In this document: positions 18,638-28,213 of the stretch, piece by piece
How positions within the stretch are numbered: position 1 is the stretch's first letter
How the letters are laid out: the number at the start of each line of letters is the position of its first letter
Assembly (NCBI GenBank): GCA_964544335.1
Contig: CAZJAJ010000004.1
Coordinates: forward strand, 67,689 to 131,688
Length of the DNA: 64,000 nt
DNA from: an uncultured Methanosarcinales archaeon
GTDB taxonomy: Archaea; Nanobdellota; Nanobdellia; Woesearchaeales; JABIAG01
Reading direction: 5' to 3'
Notes under the pieces: model-generated
Database searches by the model: none
The model's input: the letters and a program-made list of their open reading frames with translations, nothing else
What the model was told of the DNA's origin: nothing
Program-made: the position numbers and the translations under genes

Positions 18638-20428
18638 ATGGTTGGGTTTGGTAATCCGGGGGGATTAGTTGCACTCCTTGGTGTATTGGCATTGATTGTC
18701 TTCTATCTCTTTTTTAAGAGACCGGTTAAGAAGGTATTTCCGTCTATTATGTTCTTTTTACGAAAAGATCAGGCTAAGCGTAAATCCTTTATGTTTAAGC
18801 GTTTCATGAGTAATTTTCTCTTTTTCGTGCAGTTTCTTGCACTTGGTCTTATTGGTCTTGCAGTTGCAACACCATTTCTTGAGGCACCAACTAATACGAG
18901 TGATGCTAATATTGTTCTTGTAATTGACACAAGTGCGAGTATGCAGACTGTTTCTGATGGCACTACTCGGTTTGAGCTTGCTATGAAAGATGCAAGAGAG
19001 ATTGCAACACGTAGTGAACGTGCATCCATTGTGCTTGCGGAAAGGTTTCCTATAGTGGTTGCAGATAATATACTGCAAGAGAGTGTGCAAGCAGCACTTG
19101 ATAGTGTTGGTCCTTCGGATACGACATCAACTATTGGTGATGCTATGCTACAGGCTATGACGCTGGTTGATGGCGGAACCGTATATGTGTTCTCTGATTT
19201 TGCATCAGTAAGTGGTACTGACCCTATTGTTGCAAAGCGACAGCTCAATGCTCGTGGTACCAGAGTTGTGTTTAAGGAATATGGTGAACCTGCAAGAAAC
19301 GTTGGGTTTGTTGATGCTAGTGTGCAGGGCGATAAGGCATATCTTAAAGTGAAGAATTTCTATTCAGGTGTTGTTGAAACGAGTATTAAGAGTGATTCCT
19401 TTGAGAAGGGGATTCGTCTTACTGAACAGGATTTACAAGAGATTGAAGTTCCACTACAACCTGGAACGAATCAGTTTTATCTTGATCTTGTTGATGATAT
19501 GCCTGCCGATAATAGTGTCTTTTTGTATAATCCCACTGATGCTCGGTTTAATGCGTTATTTATTTCAAATTCTAATGAACCTTCTTCATTTAGAGCTGCA
19601 CTTGAGTCGCTTAATTTATTTGATTTTACTGAAGCATCACTTCCTGTAGTTCCAGATCAGGATTTTGATGTGTATGTTGTTCATGATATTGATAAAGATA
19701 AACTGCTTCCTGCTACGTTTTCTGATCTATATAGAAAAGCCCAGGATGGCGCAACGGTGATTGTACATGTACAAGCAGATTCGGGAAGCATTAATTATGA
19801 TCAACTTGGTATTGTAGAACTGGGAAGTCGAGGAACTTCAGAGAAACTGGTTGATGTTATTCAAAATGAAGCAACACATGATCTTCTATTTGGAGATATT
19901 GCTTCTTATTTCTATACTCCTTCAAGTGATTGTATCCCATGGGTGAAAACATCTAATGATCAAACGGTAATTTGTGAGCAGCAAGCAGGGGATGGTAAGA
20001 TCCTATGGTTTGGTATTTTGGAAAGTGGAAGCGGATTTAAGAACACACCAAGCTATCCACTCTTTTGGAATAATGCCATTCATTACCTTAAAGATATTGA
20101 TCAAGAAGAGCGTAATTTGAAAACAGGTACGCTTATCCCTATTGGTTTTACGACAGTAACTACTCCTCTTGGTGAGTCTTTTACAAATCGTTTAATTTTG
20201 GATCAGAGTGGCTTTTATTCCTACTTTAACAAAACTGTTGCTGCAAATCTCGTTAGTTTTGATGAGAGTAATGTGAATGCAAAGTATGAACTTATTGAAG
20301 AAAATGCACAACTGAGTGAAGGAAGTGCTACTTCTAGTGAGCGTCCCCTTGCAAAAGATTTTATGCTCATTGCACTGCTTCTTGTAATCATTGAATTTAT
20401 TGTTATTAAGTGGAGGGGAGATTTATGA
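18638..20428 (+). CDS. BatA/VWA domain membrane protein
   Basis: N-terminal FGNPGGL...FPSIMFF BatA-like region, DTSASM MIDAS, C-terminal TM. Confidence 0.85.
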   Translation: MVGFGNPGGLVALLGVLALIVFYLFFKRPVKKVFPSIMFFLRKDQAKRKSFMFKRFMSNFLFFVQFLALGLIGLAVATPFLEAPTNTSDANIVLVIDTSASMQTVSDGTTRFELAMKDAREIATRSERASIVLAERFPIVVADNILQESVQAALDSVGPSDTTSTIGDAMLQAMTLVDGGTVYVFSDFASVSGTDPIVAKRQLNARGTRVVFKEYGEPARNVGFVDASVQGDKAYLKVKNFYSGVVETSIKSDSFEKGIRLTEQDLQEIEVPLQPGTNQFYLDLVDDMPADNSVFLYNPTDARFNALFISNSNEPSSFRAALESLNLFDFTEASLPVVPDQDFDVYVVHDIDKDKLLPATFSDLYRKAQDGATVIVHVQADSGSINYDQLGIVELGSRGTSEKLVDVIQNEATHDLLFGDIASYFYTPSSDCIPWVKTSNDQTVICEQQAGDGKILWFGILESGSGFKNTPSYPLFWNNAIHYLKDIDQEERNLKTGTLIPIGFTTVTTPLGESFTNRLILDQSGFYSYFNKTVAANLVSFDESNVNAKYELIEENAQLSEGSATSSERPLAKDFMLIALLLVIIEFIVIKWRGDL

Positions 20429-22764
20429 TTGAGAATATCTTGTGGATATGGGGTATTCCTATTGCATTTTTCCTCTTGATGATCTTTGTGCATACGAATG
20501 TTGTTCGTGATGATGTTCCCAAGAAACTTAGACATCTTATTTTTATTACACGATTTTTGACTATTACATTATTGCTACTAGGTCTTGCAGCTCCGTATAC
20601 GCTCACGATGGATGAATCGCAAGGAGATACTACGGTTACTGTACTGTATGATTTGTCTAAGTCCATGGATGTGTATGAGGATAAGCGAGATGAGGTGGTG
20701 CAAACACTTGGCTCGCTTGATCGTGTTGATATTATTCCTATTGGAGATGGGTTCTCTAGCCCTATTGGAACATCACTGCTTAATGCGATGCTTGGCGGAG
20801 ATAACATTTTGCTCGTAAGCGATGGTAATGTGAATAGTGGTAAGGATTTGCGTGATGTGCTTGCATTTGCATCAACTATTGACACGACTGTTAATGTGCT
20901 TGAACTTGAGCCTGATAAACAGGATTCATCTATTGCTATTGTTGGTCCCAAACAAGTGCTTGCAAATGTGGAAGGGACGTTCTATGTGAATGTAGAGAAT
21001 GTTGGTGGAAAGGCATATGATGCTGTTGTGACACGAAATGGTCAGCAAATTCTTTCGTTTAGTTCATCTGAAGGGACTACGCGTGCACTTCCTCTTACGC
21101 TTGGTCCTGGATATCATAAACTTGAGGCAAGACTTACCACGGCTGATGATAATGTGGAAAACAATATTTTTAGAATGGTGGTACATGCACTTGATAAGCC
21201 TTCTATTCTCTATGTTGCAGATACGCCTAGTCCTGCATTTAATTTATTTGATGATTTATATGATGTTACTCGTTTAACGGTTGTTCCTGATAATTTGAAT
21301 CAGTATTTTGCTGTTGTGCTTGACAATGTTGATGCAAATAAAGTTGCAAGTAAGGTTGATGCACTTCGAACATACATTCGAGACGGTAATGGCCTCATGG
21401 TTATTGGAGGAGAGAACTCATATGATCTTGGCGGATATGATAAGAGTGAACTTGAATCTATTCTACCTGCGCATGTAGGTGCTGCTGTTGTTGAGAACAT
21501 AACTGAGCTCAATACGGTGTTTGTTCTTGATATTTCTGTCAGTTCGGGTCTTGCAACTGAATCATCTAATGTGATTAATGTTGAGAAGGCACAAGCCATC
21601 AAGGTATTTAATCAAATGGAGCCAGATGATTATCTTGCTGTTGTTGCATTTAATAATGAGGCGCATACTATTGTTCCACTCAAACGTATTGCAGAACAGT
21701 TTACAACTCCAGGTAAGATTGAGAAGTTACAAAATAGTGGCGGTACGTATATGGAAACTGGTCTTCTTGAGGCATCAACTATTTTAGATGGTGTTTCGGG
21801 AAATAAGAATATTATTATCTTTTCTGATGGGAAAACAAAAAATCCAGAATCAGTGATTGAGATTACCAAAAATCTTCGTAAAAAAGGGATCAATACATAT
21901 GCTATGGGCGTTGGTCCTGGTACTGATGTTGCATTTATGGATCGTCTTGCAACTGCAGGCGGAGGATTATACTTGCAAGTGGGTCAAGAAGGTACACTGA
22001 GTCTTGAATTTGGTAAAGAACGTGATGATGCATCATCTCAAAGAACATTGAGTATTGTGAGCGATCAACATTTTATTACTAATAACTTAGAACTTACTGC
22101 ATCCATTAATGGATACAATCAAGTTGTTCCAAAAAGTGCAGGTCAAACTTTGGTGACTACAGCAAATGGTCTTCCTGTGCTTACGGTTTGGCGATATGGT
22201 CTTGGACGTGTTGCAACGCTTTCTACTGATGGCGGGCAAAAGTGGGCAGGAGAGCTGCTTAAGAAACCAAGTAGTCAGCTTTATTCACGTAGTGCGAATT
22301 GGGTTATTGGAGATCCACGGCGTCGTCAGGCAACTCGTGTGTATATTGATGATGGCCGCCTTGAAGATAATCTTGAGGTAAGCATTATTTCAAATGTGAA
22401 ACCAGAAAATACCGAGATTTCTCTTACTGAAGTTGATGTAAACTTGTATAAGGGCGTCATTAGACCTGATGAAGTGGGATACTTTAGTATATTGGGTGAA
22501 CAATTTGCTGTTAATTATCCTACTGAGTATGAACATATTGAAATGAATCCTGATCTTGATAATCTTGTTGCTATGACTGAAGGTCAAGTACTTTCGCTTA
22601 ATCGTCCTCAAGAGATTATTGAAAAAATTCAGCAAGATAGTGTTGTTGTTGAAGAGACAAGAAATTACTTTAGAGAATACATCCTTGGGGCTGCTATTTT
22701 GCTCTTTTTACTTGATATCTACATTAGGAGGAAATTTTCACGCACCGCAATAGTTAAAAACTAG
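20425..22764 (+). CDS. double-VWA protein with glutamine-amidotransferase-like domains
   Basis: DLSKSM and DISVSS MIDAS-like motifs, SDG motifs, GNGLMVIGGENSY and WRYGLGRVA segments; ATG at 20425. Confidence 0.8.
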   Translation: MIENILWIWGIPIAFFLLMIFVHTNVVRDDVPKKLRHLIFITRFLTITLLLLGLAAPYTLTMDESQGDTTVTVLYDLSKSMDVYEDKRDEVVQTLGSLDRVDIIPIGDGFSSPIGTSLLNAMLGGDNILLVSDGNVNSGKDLRDVLAFASTIDTTVNVLELEPDKQDSSIAIVGPKQVLANVEGTFYVNVENVGGKAYDAVVTRNGQQILSFSSSEGTTRALPLTLGPGYHKLEARLTTADDNVENNIFRMVVHALDKPSILYVADTPSPAFNLFDDLYDVTRLTVVPDNLNQYFAVVLDNVDANKVASKVDALRTYIRDGNGLMVIGGENSYDLGGYDKSELESILPAHVGAAVVENITELNTVFVLDISVSSGLATESSNVINVEKAQAIKVFNQMEPDDYLAVVAFNNEAHTIVPLKRIAEQFTTPGKIEKLQNSGGTYMETGLLEASTILDGVSGNKNIIIFSDGKTKNPESVIEITKNLRKKGINTYAMGVGPGTDVAFMDRLATAGGGLYLQVGQEGTLSLEFGKERDDASSQRTLSIVSDQHFITNNLELTASINGYNQVVPKSAGQTLVTTANGLPVLTVWRYGLGRVATLSTDGGQKWAGELLKKPSSQLYSRSANWVIGDPRRRQATRVYIDDGRLEDNLEVSIISNVKPENTEISLTEVDVNLYKGVIRPDEVGYFSILGEQFAVNYPTEYEHIEMNPDLDNLVAMTEGQVLSLNRPQEIIEKIQQDSVVVEETRNYFREYILGAAILLFLLDIYIRRKFSRTAIVKN

Positions 22765-22780
22765 GGAGACTAAAAATACC

Positions 22781-23296
22781 ATGGCTTATTTAAAACGAAA
22801 TATTAATTTGTTGTTACTTGTATTGTGCGTATTACTACTTGGTTTTACGCTATCCATTACATCATATTCACAAAATCAGTTTGAGACTATTACTGTGCAA
22901 TATTATGATCGTGTGAATGAATATCAGAGTGTTATTGATGAACTTCAAGAGAGGGAACAGGCACTGAATACCACAAGTTTTGAACTTACACGAAAGACAC
23001 AAGATACGGCAAAACTCAATGAACTCTATACGCAAGTTGAAGGGGAGCGTAATGATCTTGAGATTGCACTGCAGAATGCACAAACTGAACTTTCACAAAC
23101 TAAAGCACAACTGAGTGCGGCACAAGATGATATTCGGCAAAAAGATGTAGAGATTACGTTGCTTGAGAACGATATAGAAGATTATGAGGAGTTGCTTGCT
23201 GATTTAGATGATGAGATTGATGATCAAAAAGCTGCTGCAAGTGTGAGTTGGACACAGATTGATGAAATAGTAGGAGATTTACTCAGAGTATCATGA
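22781..23296 (+). CDS. membrane-anchored coiled-coil protein
   Basis: N-terminal TM then acidic heptad repeats; overlaps next gene. Confidence 0.7.
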   Translation: MAYLKRNINLLLLVLCVLLLGFTLSITSYSQNQFETITVQYYDRVNEYQSVIDELQEREQALNTTSFELTRKTQDTAKLNELYTQVEGERNDLEIALQNAQTELSQTKAQLSAAQDDIRQKDVEITLLENDIEDYEELLADLDDEIDDQKAAASVSWTQIDEIVGDLLRVS

Positions 23297-24168
23297 AGAA
23301 AGGCGTTAGCGTATCAATACTAAAAGAAATCACAAAAGATATGTGGATGATTAGAGTACTGCGTGCTCTACTTGGTGCATCTATTGTGTATTTGGCTGTG
23401 TATGTGATTACAATGTTGTTTACGTTGCCTACGCTTCCTATTGCGCTTTCTTTTGCGAGTTTGTATTTTATTACTGAACTTGTTAATGCTGCATCAGTTC
23501 ATCCTTTTGTTCAGGTTGAGAAGCAGTATCCTTCACTTGATGAAGAACTTCGAACGGTTCGTGACTCACTTGGTGAGGAAAATGAACTTGTTCTTGATTT
23601 GAGAAAAGATGTGTTTAAGAAAGCTAGAACGCTTATTGATATGGGTGACTTTGTTGATTTTAGGCAACTTACTGCTCGAACACTTTCTGTGTTCTTTTTG
23701 TCATTCTTAATTATTCTTATTGCATCGCTCAATGTTCGTATTGTTGATGCAGGTGAAGTGTATGATCTTGGTAAAAATTTACTTGATGATCTTCGTCAAG
23801 ATACGCTTAATGCAGGACGAGAACAGTTTCAAGTAGCCGGAGGAGATAATGTATTATCTAATCGATTCAAGAAGGTTGCTGCCATGGCAGGAATTAATGC
23901 TGGGGAGAATGAAGGTGGTGATCTCTTCGGGGAGGCAGAGCTTGCCGAACTGGGCGGAGAGAGACTTACGGTAGAGATTAGGCCTACTGATTTTGAGGTC
24001 AGTCTTGATGATTTTGAAGATGTACAAAAGAAAGATTTTCAAGACGTTGCTTTTACAGGAGAGGTGGAATCATTACAATCACTTGGACTTGAAGAAACTA
24101 TTAATGTTGAAGAGCAAGCTATTGTTAAACGATATTTTGACAAACTTGCACAGGAGGGAAGCTCATGA
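23293..24168 (+). CDS. membrane protein of MoxR/VWA operon
   Basis: 3 TM, VEKQYPSLDEELRTVRD segment, acidic C-terminus ending VKRYFDKL. Confidence 0.7.
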   Translation: MKKGVSVSILKEITKDMWMIRVLRALLGASIVYLAVYVITMLFTLPTLPIALSFASLYFITELVNAASVHPFVQVEKQYPSLDEELRTVRDSLGEENELVLDLRKDVFKKARTLIDMGDFVDFRQLTARTLSVFFLSFLIILIASLNVRIVDAGEVYDLGKNLLDDLRQDTLNAGREQFQVAGGDNVLSNRFKKVAAMAGINAGENEGGDLFGEAELAELGGERLTVEIRPTDFEVSLDDFEDVQKKDFQDVAFTGEVESLQSLGLEETINVEEQAIVKRYFDKLAQEGSS

Positions 24169-25091
24169 CGCGCTACAAAAATGTTTATGACTCTGTGGTA
24201 AAGGAAATCCACAAGGTCGTAGTTGGACAGGATGAAATGATCGAGCAGGTAATTGTTGCCTTGCTATGTAACTCAAATGCTCTACTTGAAGGGTACCCAG
24301 GTCTTGCTAAGACGTTAACTATTAACACCTTAGCACAGGTTATGGATCTTAAGTTTAGTCGTATTCAGAATACACCTGATCTTATGCCATCAGATATTAC
24401 TGGTACCTACATTATTACTGAGCAAAAAGGTGGACGGGCATTCTCTTTTCAGGAAGGACCTATTTTTGCAAATTTAGTACTTGCTGATGAGATTAATCGT
24501 GCAACACCTAAATCACAGTCTGCGTTTCTTGAAGCGATGCAGGAGAAGCAAGTTACTGTTGGTAAGAAAACGTTCAAACTTGATGATCCGTTCTTTGTAC
24601 TTGCTACACAGAACCCAATTGAACAAGAAGGTACGTATCCACTTCCTGAAGCTCAGGCAGATCGGTTCTTACTTAAGATTAATTTAGATTATCCTTCTGA
24701 GGAAGAAGAAATTGAAATTGTGCAGCGATTTACTGGTAAGAAGGACCCAAGTAATCCTAAAAAGATTCTTGATAAAAAGGGTCTTAAGAAACTGCAGGAA
24801 CTTGTGCGTGATATGCCAATTTCAAAAGATCTTGAGAAGGGCGTTGTAAAAATTATTGGAGCTACACGTAAGAATAAAACATTATTCCAGTATGGTGCGT
24901 CTCCTCGTGCGTCCATGTCACTTATTTTGGCATCAAAGGCACGAGCTTTGATTAAGGGAAGAGCTCACGTAAGTAGTGAGGATGTTAAGGCAATGGCAGC
25001 CCCGGTTCTTCGGCACAGAGTAATTTTAAGTTTTGATGCTGAACGAAAGGGCATGACTGTTGATGATGCGATTCAAAAGATAATCAGATGA
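24165..25091 (+). CDS. moxR: MoxR family AAA+ ATPase
   Basis: EGYPGLAKT, RIQNTPDLMPSDITG, DEINRA, ATQNPIEQEGTYPLPEAQADRF. Confidence 0.95.
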   Translation: MTRYKNVYDSVVKEIHKVVVGQDEMIEQVIVALLCNSNALLEGYPGLAKTLTINTLAQVMDLKFSRIQNTPDLMPSDITGTYIITEQKGGRAFSFQEGPIFANLVLADEINRATPKSQSAFLEAMQEKQVTVGKKTFKLDDPFFVLATQNPIEQEGTYPLPEAQADRFLLKINLDYPSEEEEIEIVQRFTGKKDPSNPKKILDKKGLKKLQELVRDMPISKDLEKGVVKIIGATRKNKTLFQYGASPRASMSLILASKARALIKGRAHVSSEDVKAMAAPVLRHRVILSFDAERKGMTVDDAIQKIIR

Positions 25092-25933
25092 TTCAATCAG
25101 ACTTTTTGGATGAGTTGAAGAAATTTAGTCTTGTGGTTAACAAGCGAGTTACTTCTAAGTATTCAGGGGAACGTAAGAGTTCCTACTCTGGTAATGGAAC
25201 CATCTTTAAGGACCATAGAATCTACACACTTGGTGATAATTATAAGGCTATAGATTGGCGGGTGTTTGCGCGTACCGACGATCTCTATATCAAAGTGTTT
25301 GAGGAAGAGCGAAATTTAGATGTTCACATTATCCTTGATGCAAGTAATAGTATGCATCATCGAGGAAAGTTTGATTATGCAGGTAAAATTGCTATTGGTA
25401 TGGCTTTTCTTGCGATGAAAAATAATGAGAAGGTACACTTTGCTTCTTTTGGAACAAAGGTTGAGCCGTTTAAAGGTCGTAAGGGTTTGAAACAAATTGT
25501 ATCTATGATGGATCATTTTAATTCTCTTAGACCTGCTGGGCAAACCAACATCATTTCTGCACTGCAAGAATATAGTAGTTATATTAGAACAAAATCACTT
25601 GTGGTGATTGTATCTGATTTTTTGTATCCTAATGAAACGCTTGAGAAAGCATTGCATTACATTCGAAAGGGTCATAAGGTGAAGTTAGTTCAGATTCTTG
25701 ATGAAGAGGAGGTTGAGATGCCACTGAGCGGTGACTTTAAGTTTATTGATTCTGAATCAAAGGTTGTGCTACGTACGTATGTGTCTAAACGTCTTCAAGA
25801 ACAATACAAAGAACGACTGGAGGGGCATACTCATGAAGTTCGTGAACTTGCTGCGCTTCATGGATTTACTTTTCTTTCTTTTTCAACTGAAACGCCGTTG
25901 TTTGATAGCTTCTTTGAGCTCACTACAACATAA
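25088..25933 (+). CDS. DUF58 domain protein
   Basis: FKDHRIYTLGD...IDWRVFART...EEER, DASNSM, VSDFL. Confidence 0.9.
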   Translation: MIQSDFLDELKKFSLVVNKRVTSKYSGERKSSYSGNGTIFKDHRIYTLGDNYKAIDWRVFARTDDLYIKVFEEERNLDVHIILDASNSMHHRGKFDYAGKIAIGMAFLAMKNNEKVHFASFGTKVEPFKGRKGLKQIVSMMDHFNSLRPAGQTNIISALQEYSSYIRTKSLVVIVSDFLYPNETLEKALHYIRKGHKVKLVQILDEEEVEMPLSGDFKFIDSESKVVLRTYVSKRLQEQYKERLEGHTHEVRELAALHGFTFLSFSTETPLFDSFFELTTT

Positions 25934-27069
25934 TGGTTGATCATACGCAGGTGCAGTCACACCAGTATCATTATTTTCAGAATAGAGAGATTGATGAGCT
26001 TTACATTAGTATTGCACTTCGAACATTTGCTGTTGCACTGATTGCTATTTTTGTTCCTGTGTATTTGATTAATTTAGGTTTTTCTTTGGGAACGGTATTT
26101 TTGTATTTCATTATTTATTATGCAACGGCTACTGCCATTATGCCCTATGCTATGTTGTTTAATACGTTTGGTATTAAGAAAAATATGGCGTTCGGTAGCC
26201 TTTTTCTTATTGTATACTATTTATTTTTGACTAACATTGGGAGTATTCATTTTTCAATTGTTGCTATTTTAGGTGGCCTTTCTTCTGCATCCTATTTTGC
26301 CGGATATCACATAGAATTTAGTCATTTTCATACGAAGGGAAGCGAAGGGAAACAGAGTTCAATTATTTATGTATCTACTGTTCTTGCAGCATCGCTTGGT
26401 CCAATCATTGGTGGACTATTGATTGACAAGTTTACCTATTCTGTTGTATTTTTTGTTGCATCTGTTGTTATGGTGTGTTCTCTTATTCCATTATTTATGT
26501 CAAAAGATTACAAGATGCGTTCTTCAACGGTTGATTATGGTAAGATTTTACGATCTGATAAGTTATCCAAGGGATTTGCATATATTGCCTCTGGTTCAAC
26601 ACTTGTTGTTGCAGGGATTGCGTGGCCGTTGTTTATCTATACACAACTGAGCAGTGTTGTTTCACTTGGGGTGATTATTAGTATGACTTCTCTTTTGCTA
26701 TGTGTATTTTCATTTTACATGGGTAAGATTATTGATGGGTCCTTTGGTAGAGTCTTTAAACTGGGAATTTGGACGTATTCTTTGAGTTGGTTCTTTCGGT
26801 TCTTACTGATTAGTCCTGTTGGATTGTTTATTGCTAATACGTATGCGTCTTTTAGTGGAACGCTTATTGAGCTGTCTATGGCAAAGATGATTTATCTTCG
26901 ACGTAAGAATTTGATGAATTATTTCTTGTTTCGGGAGATCTATTTGTTTATTGGTAGAATTGGCGTTTTGATTATTGCGTATTTTGTTTTAGATTTTGTG
27001 GTGTTGTTTATTTTGGCGTTTTTATGTACGCAGTTGTATTGGTTTTTAGAAGTAAAGCAGAAGAAGTAG
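25933..27069 (+). CDS. MFS transporter
   Basis: About 12 TM, LGPIIGGLLID motif. Confidence 0.85.
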   Translation: MVDHTQVQSHQYHYFQNREIDELYISIALRTFAVALIAIFVPVYLINLGFSLGTVFLYFIIYYATATAIMPYAMLFNTFGIKKNMAFGSLFLIVYYLFLTNIGSIHFSIVAILGGLSSASYFAGYHIEFSHFHTKGSEGKQSSIIYVSTVLAASLGPIIGGLLIDKFTYSVVFFVASVVMVCSLIPLFMSKDYKMRSSTVDYGKILRSDKLSKGFAYIASGSTLVVAGIAWPLFIYTQLSSVVSLGVIISMTSLLLCVFSFYMGKIIDGSFGRVFKLGIWTYSLSWFFRFLLISPVGLFIANTYASFSGTLIELSMAKMIYLRRKNLMNYFLFREIYLFIGRIGVLIIAYFVLDFVVLFILAFLCTQLYWFLEVKQKK

Positions 27070-27077
27070 GTTTTGCT

Positions 27078-28136
27078 CTATAGCTGTACTGGCGTGTTAC
27101 GAATTTCATCCATAAGTAGTTCTTCTTTATTTTTTGGAAGTGGTGGGAATGACATCCTCTTTATTTCAGATCCGTTATATGCAATTAAGTGGTTATCGTA
27201 GCCCATTGCTATTCCTTGAAGCGTATTCATGTCAGGAATGACAGAAAAACCATTAGGTGTGTGATCTACACCACTAAATACTCTTACGGTGTGATCTAGG
27301 TTTGACAACACGGCCCATATATTTTGATGTTCATCAAGTGCTGCCGTGATATCTCCGTATTTCATTTGCATGTTACCATCATATACAAATCGTCTATGTT
27401 CTGCGTCAGATGCAATATATTCAATTTGTAGATGGTTTGTTACACTTTCTTCCTGAGTTCCATCCATCATGTCAAATAATGTGCTTTTTCCTTGTGATCG
27501 CACAGGGTTACTTCTTAGAAGATATACATCCCTGCCATTTGCTACCCCTTCTAATTTAGAACCAGTGTTGTGTGTTGTAAGGTCTAGTAATGTAATTCCT
27601 CTGCCCGGATTACCCTTTGGATTTATTCGGTGTAATTTTGACTTCCACATATACCATCTTGACATTTCATCTTTAGATCTTAATGTCGTTATAACGTGTA
27701 GTTGTTCACCCAGTAACAATTTAGGCTTGATACCAAAACGCTCTTCACCTTCTTTTTCATTTACCGTATCCAATATCACTCTACCTAGCGAAAAATCTTC
27801 GCTTACTATTCTTACTCTTCCATTTTGGACTGCATACCCATTTCCTTCAAAAAAAGCAACATCAGAAATTCTTCTTTTTCCAAGATTTGCAATTCTTTCT
27901 TTTTGACTTAAATCTTTTGAAAACCAGTATAGATTATTGCCAATTTCTTTGAATTCATCTTCTTCCTTTACTTTCTCATCAATTCCACACAGGAAGCCAT
28001 CATCAAAGAGATCATTCCCTGGGACTTTTCTTAGAAATGTAATAAAGGATGCTGGACAGAATTCATATGATCCTGCGCTTTGGAGTTCGAATACGTTTGG
28101 TAATGTTCTCATTGTGTATGTGTAAGATATAGGCAT
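27078..28136 (-). CDS. hypothetical protein (beta-rich)
   Basis: 352-aa ORF, no family recognised. Confidence 0.6.
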   Translation of the reverse strand: MPISYTYTMRTLPNVFELQSAGSYEFCPASFITFLRKVPGNDLFDDGFLCGIDEKVKEEDEFKEIGNNLYWFSKDLSQKERIANLGKRRISDVAFFEGNGYAVQNGRVRIVSEDFSLGRVILDTVNEKEGEERFGIKPKLLLGEQLHVITTLRSKDEMSRWYMWKSKLHRINPKGNPGRGITLLDLTTHNTGSKLEGVANGRDVYLLRSNPVRSQGKSTLFDMMDGTQEESVTNHLQIEYIASDAEHRRFVYDGNMQMKYGDITAALDEHQNIWAVLSNLDHTVRVFSGVDHTPNGFSVIPDMNTLQGIAMGYDNHLIAYNGSEIKRMSFPPLPKNKEELLMDEIRNTPVQL

Positions 28137-28213
28137 ATATTAATTTAATTGTAGTTCTGTGCATTTATTACCCACAACATAAAGTTTAAATACTCTGTTT
28201 CTGGTGTAATTGT

